Assembly (NCBI GenBank): GCA_030704615.1
Contig: CM060731.1
Span: 79,546,001-79,610,000, forward strand
Reading direction: 5' to 3'
Source of the DNA: Takakia lepidozioides
Taxonomy: Eukaryota > Plantae > Bryophyta
DNA length: 64,000 bases
Shown here: positions 54,544-64,000 of the stretch, in pieces
Layout: every line of letters starts with the position of its first letter
How positions within the stretch are numbered: the stretch's first letter is position 1
The notes under the pieces: generated by a model
Database searches by the model: none
Seen by the model: only the letters and a program-made list of their open reading frames with translations
Told to the model about the DNA's origin: nothing
Made by a program: the position numbers and the translations under genes

Positions 54544-54780
54544 GCTTCTCATTGTTTGATATTAGTGTTTTCAATGCCCGCGCGTCCGGTTGCGAGGGGG
54601 CCACGTGTGGCAGAGGGATCACATAGGGTGGGAGCGCCCCTACCCGTACCTAACCATTCTACTCCTAGGTCTACATGGCACGCGAGTTTGCTGGGGCCCA
54701 CAAAACACATAGATATGCACATAAAGCATTAGTTATTTCACTAGTTTGCCTAAAGAAGCGGCGGCGGGTAGTGTGGTGGT

Positions 54781-54900
54781 TAAGAGCATTGAATCATAAA
54801 CACTAGGTTTGGTGTTTAATAAATCTTGTCAAGTTGTACTTAAGAGCATTGAATCATAAACACTAGGTTTGGTGTTTAATAAATCTTGTCAAGTTGTACT
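54781..54900. repeat. Exact 60-bp tandem duplication
   Basis: taagagcattgaatc...caagttgtact occurs twice, identical. Confidence 0.95.
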
Positions 54901-56621
54901 GTGACAATGATGTGTGTTATTAAATATTTTGTAGAAGGGTCTGCTCGAAGGTTGGAGTCGGTGGGTGTGCCCAGGTTGGATCCAGTCCGCTCGTGGGTCT
55001 ACCGGAGGGTTGGAGTCAATCTGCTAGAGGGTCGGGCCGATGAAGTCCGCCGCGTAGAGAAAATTAAGGACTTACAAAAATTTCAGGAATGAGAGGCTTA
55101 TTATATATCAAAATGTAGGCATGGAGCTGGTGGATTATAGTGTTGAACCATGATGTAGTTTTCAAATAATGCTTTGACAGCGGTATATCTTATCCGTACT
55201 CGAGTGTATCTGGAGCATCCAAGTGGTGTAATGGAATGGTAAAAAACTTAAATATATCATTAGGTTGGCAAAAGAAAAAGGCTACACATGTTGTCTAACA
55301 CAGTCAAGCACTTTATCTTCCGGCTCAAATTAGTAGAACATGTCTTCAATGTCTTCAATGGTACATAATAGGAAACCCAGGAGAGAACATTACATGGTGA
55401 TAGTAGGCTCTACTATCTGCTGCCAGACGGCTGTTTTCGTTTCTTCTGCTTCAGTTTCCACTACGCAACGTCATCAAGAAAATCGACACTATGCTTCGAG
55501 ACCTGCTGGCCACAGTGTGACGATGTGAGGCTGCAGAAAACGCACTTGAGTTAAACTTTACCGAACATGACACATTTTTTCTTCACAGACCAATTTGTCT
55601 GTGAAGAGTACCTACGTTCAAGATTTGATACGTGTAACGTGTAAGATATTTTATCACAGTATATCCACGGGTATAAGTGTTCTCCTTCAAGCCTCTTGTA
55701 CCTTGTATCGTCCCAGTTCAAGGCGGCATTTTATCGAGATTCCATGGGGTGAAGACCGAACTGGGGTGTCACTTTCCAAAAATCTGCTTTCACGTCCTCC
55801 AATTTCATCCCATCCCAGCTATTCGTCTGCATGAAAACAAACACGCAGCGGTAAATAACTAAGTGTAGAGAAGGATAACCTAGTCTCCGAGTTCATTATC
55901 TCATGTTCAGATCTTCTGGCATTTCAGTCCAGATTGATATTGGGTGCTAGCCTGAGGAGGCAAAGAAAAATATGACAGGCTAGAGTTTAAACTACTGTAT
56001 GATATTATATATAGATATTCTGTCTGGACAGTGGAAGTGTGTTCTTGACTAATCTCTTTTCAGAAAAGAATTGAATATTTATGCTGGACCGCAAAGGGAC
56101 TAGGACTAGTTGGGTGCTTAAGTTTGTGTGAGTGGTAACAGTTCCATGCTAAACTAGAAACATTTCTGGCTTTCAAAGCCGCTGCAAATACAACAATAGA
56201 CATCCGAATCCCGATGCTAAATTAGATGCATTTCAGGGGTCAACCAAGCTGTGTTCTAAGTTATATTTCCAGGGCCCCAGATAGCTATAAAGAGAAGTAT
56301 CAGACATACATTCATGCGCTTATAGGGACCCTGCATCCCTCGGTCCATTTCTTCTGGAGACGGTAACACATGAACAGGCACATGTTTACCAACACAACTT
56401 GCTCGAATATCAGGAAGGATTCAGGAAAAGCACATGCACAACTGTAAATGAAAGATGATCTTCGTTAAATGAATGCTGTACATAGAAGAGCACGAGTCGG
56501 GCTTTTTGGAGGGCAATTTACACATACTGGTGACAAACCTCAACATGAAGGACGAAGCAAAGTCAGCTCAGGGTGTCCAAGAAGACACATAAAAGCAGGC
56601 AGTGTAACTTATTGAGATTAC

Positions 56622-59452
56622 CTGAACAATGAGACTCCAAACCCGAAGCTCAGGGATGCTGGCTGTGATGTTGGAGTTAATGATGTCGAGATCCATTGCT
56701 TCCAGGGCTTTGCTGAGCTGCAGTAGAATCCCCGGCTTCTTTCTACAGCAGATCCACACATTGTACGTTCCTTCCTCATGAAGTTTCGACACTGCCAACT
56801 GAAACAAGCGACTTCATATGAAATAATTCTCCACTACTCTGTGAGGTCAATCATGTAGATGGCTTGCAGATACAGAACGAATTTGAGAGTTTCTCAATTA
56901 GATCAAGGGGCCAACAGCAATTGGGAGAGAAATGTGGCCCCTCTTGACCTGCATTTGGCTGCAGTATACTGAAGATCCACGTTCGAGGAATTAGTGCAAA
57001 AAGGCTCCAGGCGAAAGGAGCCAAGGAAGCCGGACTTGAACCTTCATGTGTACCAGTTAACTTATCTCTCGGTAAATATGAAATGGCATCATCAAACTCC
57101 ACCTTAATGGACATCACACAAGAAAAGACAGTCTGTAATCAGATTTCTGAAATGATGAGATTGTCAGCCCCCTAGACTTGAGAGCTTACATCTTGGATGA
57201 CTCCATGAAAGCTGAGGTCAATTTTACACTTCTTCTGGTCTGCATCTTTGCCAAGTGGTCATTACTGCATCATCTTACTTATCCTTTCGTCAACACTGCT
57301 ATGTGCAACTGGAAGTTGACCTTCTGTGATAGTCTTGGAGCACTCAATGCTGACAGCTGCCGCCCCCTGACTCACGAATTGACCCTTCTGGTAATCCTCC
57401 ATCTCCTCCTCGAGATCTTCTACTGTTTTTTTCAGATCTCGGACGTACTTGATAGCATCTGTAAGAATTGAGGCTTTGTCCATCTGCCACAAATTGTGAC
57501 ACATGCACTAGAATACTAGTCAGATAGCTCATCTTGGCCCGCTGTAACATTCCTTCGATTCAAAAATAGTTCAGGAAATTGATACGTTCCTGCCCAACAC
57601 AATAATGAAGTCTGCTGGACATTGAAATTATTTTGACTTCCAACGGTTCCATGTGGACATGTAGTGACTAGTCTTAGTATCTCAGTGCAGCTGGACAATA
57701 CTGATATTAATGAAGACGTCATAGGCAAGGACATTGAGCCCAATGTTAAATTAAAGTAGTCCTAGACTGCGCATGTCCTTCCAAAGATTCAGATCCGTTT
57801 TCATGCAGTTTTAGGGAATGATGTAACTGGCCAGTGTTATTTTTGCATAAAGTTCTACCGTAGAAGCCATGATTATGAAACTGTCAAAGCCACATTGAGG
57901 ACTCAATGCAATATAGCGCTTCACAGTGTTCATTCTGGGAAATTGCTCAAAAGTAGTTAGTTCTCCATGATCCATTACTCAAATTAATGGCACTTGAAAG
58001 GTAAATACAAGTTCAAAGATGTTCCAACTCGAGAGAACTTCCAGGTGGATTATCTCCATTGTACATTAATCATTTAGTGTGGTAGTACAGATCAGCTACA
58101 GCCTTCTAAGGTCCGGTGCACAGAAAATTATAATCCAGCTCTCTCTTGAGCAAGTTGTTTAACACCTACTGCTCCATGGTCAGAAGTTTCGTGCAGTCAG
58201 CAATTAAGCCAATATATTGACTCCCACCGAGATTCCACACTATTTGTTTCTGTGACTATGCCACAAGGCAATCCGTCAAAACTTGCTTGTACACAAATGA
58301 TGTTGCGTTTGGAGAGAAAAAGTTAGATCTCACCTTGCTGATGTTGGGAACTATGGCACGCAGGCCGTAAAGGCTTTCATTGAGTCTCTTCCGCCGCTTG
58401 CGTTCTGACAAAAGGTTTTTAGATTGAGATATCACTGGCAGTCCGGATTCCATCTCGTGCTCCTCCAATCCATCATCAACATTGAGAAGGTCCTCTGTTC
58501 GCATGCTTCCTATCACCTGATCACCCGCCACTGCATTGCTCTGAAAGCCTGTAGTGAAGTCACCGAGTACAGCAGCAGGCTGCAACCTGAGGAAGGTTTC
58601 GGCCTCTTGCAGCTCACAATCAGCTGCAAGTTGCCATTGCTGCCAAACAACATCATCTGATACTTTAATTAGACCAGATTCAGAATGACATGATTGCTTA
58701 GCCGTAAGTGAATTATCAACATCGTGTCGCTCCAACCCTACCAGATCTTGTTCCAGATGTGCCTGACCCGTGCTTGTGCATTGAATTGGTGAGGTCTTGG
58801 CGGGCGGCGCTGGCGCTCGAACTCGAATGTGGCACTCAGTTGCTTCCTGAGCATGCTTCGACACTTCAGTGATGCAGGTAGTCATATACTTCGACGTTGA
58901 ACAATCCATATCATTTCTTGCATAGACGGGCAGCTTAAAGATTGTGTCAACTGGTTGCTGGGACCTGTTATGCTGCCCAGGCACAGTCAGTCCCCCTGAT
59001 TCAGTGGGTAAGCACTGGACTAATGGTGGTGATACGTTGCCATTTGAGGTACAAACAGGTCCTGACATTGCATCAGAAACATACCCACGCATTAAACAGC
59101 TGAGCGGAGGACTCCTGCATATGGATGCCACTGGATCTTGCTCCTGAGAATGAGCACTTTGGACCATGGACACGTGATCCCCATTTGACATAGCATCAGA
59201 AACACACCTATCCATCGAAGAGTTGATCTGAGGACCCACGAATCCGGAGGCCAGATCTTGCGCGAAATATGTACCTTCAACCATGGACACGGGATCTCCA
59301 TTCATAAGACACGGCAGATCAGGTGGTTGTCGTTGAAAGCCTGTGAACCTACTGGCAAGTCCTGAATGGGCTTGCACTGGACCACCCGTCAAACTTCCGA
59401 GACTTGTCAAGCTTCCCCATGCGTACTGTGACACATATGCTCCTTCCATCAT
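56622..59452 (-). CDS. bHLH transcription factor with ACT-like C-terminal domain (clade III-like: DYT1/AMS/FIT/ICE-type); possibly truncated or a pseudogene
   Basis: Exon 59452-58334 ends SKNLLSERKRRKRLNESLYGLRAIVPNISK. Exon 57483-57190 begins MDKASILTDAIKYVRDL and contains TAA-TGA at 57264-57259. Exon 56798-56622 has the ACT-like ICCRKKPGILLQLSKALEAMDLDIINSNI. The terminal exon is unresolved. Confidence 0.8.
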
Positions 59453-60307
59453 GAACAAACTGTACGTTTTCGATTCCAGATGAACTGTCTCAAGTGACAA
59501 GAATCAAATGGACGTTGGTTGCCGCCAGGCTCTCGTCTAAATCTTCTCGAGATGACTCGATTGTCGACACCCGCGCAACTCTGTGGTGCTGAGTCATGAA
59601 CACAATCTGGTGTCAAAACCACTCGGACTGATTCAAGTCTAGTTCATTGAACTTGTTACCCTGGCCTCAGGCAAGTTTGAGACTACTGTCTACAGCCTAG
59701 AAGGCAGTGGATCGGTCATGTACTTGAACGCATTCACCAGTTCTGGTTTCAAATGAACGTTGCTTCCTGGTGGTCCGAACTTCATGGAAGGCGTCACGGT
59801 TTTTCGTCAGGACTTGTACTCCCAACTGTCTTGAAGCCATGTGCAGTACAGCTACTGATCCCCGTATGCAAAAGTGTGCGAAGATGTCAGTCATGAATCT
59901 TCATTTGTCTAAGGTGGCCGGTCAGCGTCCCACTTTGTGACTTCGACACCCATCTGCAGCGATTCCTCTACACATTGAAGTGCTCCACAATATCCTTCAG
60001 GGTTCGATTACCACTAATTACGTAGTTGCTCACCTTCATGTACAGGTCAGACTCGACCATTTGATTAGACACAGGTCGAAGAGCTCTAGATATCTAATCA
60101 TTCCGAGACAACGGCACAGTTTTCATACTCCTGCTCAATGTCCTTAAGCTAGACTGTGCCTCCACAACAGGGCACGCTGGAGATCACCTTGTTTCGTGTA
60201 CAGCTCCAGCCTCCACCTCCATCTTATACATTGGCAAACACACAATGGATGGCTCTAGAAAAACCGTTTGGACATGCCCAGAAAACCAGGAGGGTGAGTT
60301 CCACAGA

Positions 60308-60655
60308 ACCTGCAGATTTACCTTCAAGCCCAGAAGAAGAGTCATCTTCTCTGTAGGTAGCAGGCGCAGCGCTAGGTGGACGGCTGTTGAGCTGCTTCTC
60401 GCTATCCTCCGTTCAATCTTTCACTCCTCTTCAACTGTATAGGCGATATGCAGGCACGTCCATGTTGGCTAGAGAAGATGCCTATCAGTGACCTGCAGAC
60501 TTCTCTTCACGGCCAGAAGAAGAGTCACCTTCTCTGTTAGGTCGCGGGCGCACTGAACTTCTTCTCGCTCTCCTCAGCTCACCCTTTCACTTCTCTTCAA
60601 CTCTTCAACTCTTCAACTCTCCTTACAGGCGGCATGAAGGCAAGATGCCTATCAA
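60308..60655. repeat. ~180-bp degenerate tandem duplication upstream of the bHLH gene
   Basis: acctgcaga...ccagaagaagagtca.cttctctgt...cttctcgct.tcctc...ctcttcaact...aagatgcctatca begins at both 60308 and 60491. Confidence 0.75.
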
Positions 60656-62825
60656 TAATTTCAAGCGTTGGGTGGCCGAGGTGAACCTACGCTTGTGCAA
60701 AAGAGATGCAACAGATAGACCGACAGGCTTTATTCCGCGTCCTCTAAACCTGTCTTTATACGACAAACCGCCTTAAAAGCTTTTCCCGTCTTCCATTCAA
60801 TCATTTCTCTTACGGTTGCGCCATTTGTCGGACGTGGGACACCTAAAGCTATGCACACTATGTATTCCGCTCTCCCCTACTTTTAGTTCCAGGATTTCGG
60901 AAAGATTGATGTCAGGAGTGGCAGGCCTCCGTACGATGCAGCTCTGCACTCTCCCTCCACCGTCCCCTCGATTGCCTTTGTATGTGGGTGACGTAGCCAA
61001 CCAACAGTTGCTGCGTCGAAACGTTGCTGCATTGGCTCGGAACTATCAAGATTGCAAAAAGGAGTCTGGAGATGTTGTGGATATGTACTCACTTCGCCTC
61101 TAGCTATGCCTAGGCTTTGACCCCTCTCCGTAGGGACAAGCACGTATCTGCAGGTGGCGGAAATTAACTAATGATTTTTTGGGGATGTTTGGATTTTGTT
61201 TTGTCTTTTTCCTTTTTCTCCTTCCCAAGGAAACACGAGGCCCAGCCCCGGAAAATAAACCCACTTTCTGAGCCATGGAAGCATTACAAGGCCAGAAGGC
61301 AGAGAGACAGTTGACAGTGGTTTGTAGTTTGTACACCCGGTACCGCAGGCCAATACCCGGCCACAGCCATGTTGTGTGGATTTTGTTTAAAAACAAACAA
61401 AATTCAAAGGCCTATTCGAAGGGAACAAAATTAAAATCCTTGCAAATGCCAAAAGGCTTGATTTTACCAAGCAACTAGAAAAAACAAGGGCTTCCTCCAA
61501 GAATAAAAAATAATTGTTTCCTTTAAAAACAAATACATAAAATAAAAATTACAGAGTTACAAATTCCAGAAAATGTGTTGCTCAAGGTTCTGAGTGGAAG
61601 TTTCCGATTCCAGTGACAATAAATAAGGTCCGAGGAGCAGGGCGTTCTCAAAATTCCATCAAAGGATTTAAGTAAAAAGAAGAAATCGAAGCAAATGAAT
61701 GGAAAAATTGAGGGAGGCTCAGGTGCCTTTGCTGCCTGCCATGGCCAGACTGCACCTTTTAACTGAAACCTCAGGAGATTTCCTCCTGCTTGCCAACTCA
61801 GGTGGGCAGTCTCCCATGTAGCCTTATGGCCTTTTTTTTCCATGATTCACAGAATATTTAGTATAGTATGAGTCTTCTGACTAGACTAATCTATTATTGA
61901 ATGATTGGATACGAAGTAAATGATAATGCGATAAAAATGCCAACATGCAAACTGAGTATTTAAAAACAGAAAAAATTGAGCGTTATCATTTTGGATATAT
62001 CTGAATTAAGGCACTCCATGAAAATGTACCTGAATTTGATTAAAGGTATATCATCATTTACGTGGAATACATTATACAAGTAGTGTGTTAATCAAAATAC
62101 ACCTGAATTATGGCCATACTAACTTGTGTCCATTGGCATCTTTTGTCTCCAACATAAATCTGTTACTAAGGGACACTAACATCAAAAATCAGGTGAAATT
62201 TGGGTTAACAATTTACACCTGAAAATTTGCAGAATTGCAGCATTCTACGTACTTCATCTCTTATCAAAATCATTTGACCAATACAAACAATTACTTATCT
62301 GACAAGACTATCCATGTTTTTTTTTTTTTTTTCCCCAGAACAGGGGAGTGACGGGACAGCTATGCTTAATTTCTGATGAATAAAGAACAAAGTACAAATA
62401 AGAATACTGTACTGTACCAAATTGTTCTGTACATAGAATCTATGGTTTTTAAACCTATAGCATTATTTGCATTGAATCAAATGTTTTGGTACAGTTTGTC
62501 AGAAACAACATAAAGATGTAAAATATTGTGCAGCATATCCAAATTTAATATACATGTCTCCCAACTTTGAGCAAATTGTGTGTTCAAACGTCAAAGGCTC
62601 TTTTGAACTAGCTCATTGACAAAGAAAACAAATGACGACATAGAAGAACAACAAACCATCCATCTACATATGATTATTAAAAAAATTAATTATCGTACAT
62701 CGATGGATGATTCTCAATTACTCCAACTCGTCAGAGTTCCCTTGACAATATCTAGTTCAAAAGACCCTTTGACATTGGATAATAATTTACTTAACAATAT
62801 ATAATTCAAAAAAGGCGTTGACGTT

Positions 62826-62993
62826 CTGTTTGATTCAACATTTAGTTCAAAAGAGCCTTTGACATTTTTATCTGGACAATTGCTTAATGAGTATAGACAC
62901 AAATATCAACTGTTTGATTCAACGTTTAGTTCAAAAGCGCCTTTGACATTTTTATCCGAACAATTGCTTAATGAGTAGAGACATAAATACCAA
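62826..62993. repeat. 84-bp tandem repeat, with a partial copy at ~62753 and an inverted copy at ~62590
   Basis: tagttcaaaagagcctttgaca recurs three times directly and once inverted. Confidence 0.8.
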
Positions 62994-64000
62994 CAAAACT
63001 GCACTTTTTGCTGGGGGACACTACCGCCTTTCCCTCTCCCTCTCTCTCTCTCTCAAGAAATTGACCTTGACAAATTATGGCCACAGATCTACCACAGCTC
63101 TACTGACAATAAAGAGCATTCTGGCTGCGGTAAATGTAGCTTTCTTCTAGAACTTCCTTAAAACCACAATCTTTCTTGTTTTGTGTGCAACCCAATTCAA
63201 CATTATAGTATGCTTCATAAGTGCCAGAGCCCATCGTATCATAGTCCCTTAGCTCCACATGTTTAGATTTCCGAGGTTATCTAGCGTTCAATATTGACTA
63301 CTACATGGCACTAAGGGTATCATGGTTCTGGTATGGCCAATTCTAGATAGACAGGCAGAACTTGTGAAATCAAGGAAGTATACTGCAGGTGAGTAATTAC
63401 AACTAAACATCACTTTCATACCTGTACATTCGAGTGCAGATATCCTATGCTTTAATCGTGCGTAGTGCCCATATGTTTGTACTAGGGTAGTTCACTTGGT
63501 TCTAAACTAGCATGCATGGCCAGTAGGCTCTTGCAGGTCTTACAGGCCAACTGCTACGGTGGCAGAAATTTATATGAAAGCATTGGAAAACACCTTCTTG
63601 AAGTGTAGATAATTCAAAGCAAAGTTGACATACAAATCTCTTTCAGTACATGAAATGAGATGGCATGCAGATACTCAGACGTACTCACTCTGGATTTTCG
63701 ATCAATTACTCAGCGGGTTTGCAGATTGAAAGAAGGATATGCAACGAATGAGGCTATAATCAAAAGTCTGTTCTAGATACTCAGCCATGACTTCAAATAG
63801 CTGTCAAATGAAATGATATGACAAGCTTCCTGCCATAGTGGGAGCTGCAATGCTACATACCATGTTCATTGAGAGCTGCAAGTGGTTCCCTATTGTGGCT
63901 CCACAATAGGGAAATGGACAACGTCATCTGGTTCAGCAGCAACCTATAGAAAAGATGCTCAACAAAACTGTGGCCTGTGCTGCACATGAACTGAAAGTTG

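Noticed and set aside
55370-55955. Terminal exon candidates for the bHLH gene (acceptors near 55951 and 55530)
   Set aside because: Several acceptors give short, unconvincing tails; they cannot be chosen between without transcripts.

Overview
This is nuclear DNA of a land plant. It carries spliceosomal introns, PLS-DYW PPR genes and plant-type LTR, LINE and SINE elements. A bryophyte-like atp8 fragment suggests a non-seed plant (inference). Four genes look intact: a 7-exon STEEP1/UPF0428+DUF167 gene (At5g63440/CSU4-like, minus), a membrane-anchored bZIP17/28-type factor (plus), a 3-exon BAHD acyltransferase (minus) and an intronless PLS-DYW RNA-editing factor (minus). A clade-III-like bHLH-ACT gene (minus) has two in-frame stops in exon 2. 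Gene debris includes two PPR pseudogenes, an ALWAYS EARLY/LIN9 exon, a glutamyl-tRNA synthetase remnant and a mitochondrial atp8 NUMT. Bases ~41.9-54.1 kb are a transposon nest: a copia 3' end carrying a solo LTR with a perfect 5-bp TSD, fused head-to-head to a non-chromovirus gypsy with an extra 3' ORF, then a 500-N gap, then a decayed LINE with RNase H + CCHC + restriction-like endonuclease (Dualen/RandI-like). The most notable observations are the Dualen-like LINE, a duplicated frame-symmetric exon in the bZIP luminal tail, and a possible 39-nt micro-intron that would remove the bHLH double stop. All calls were made by eye; no database searches were run.
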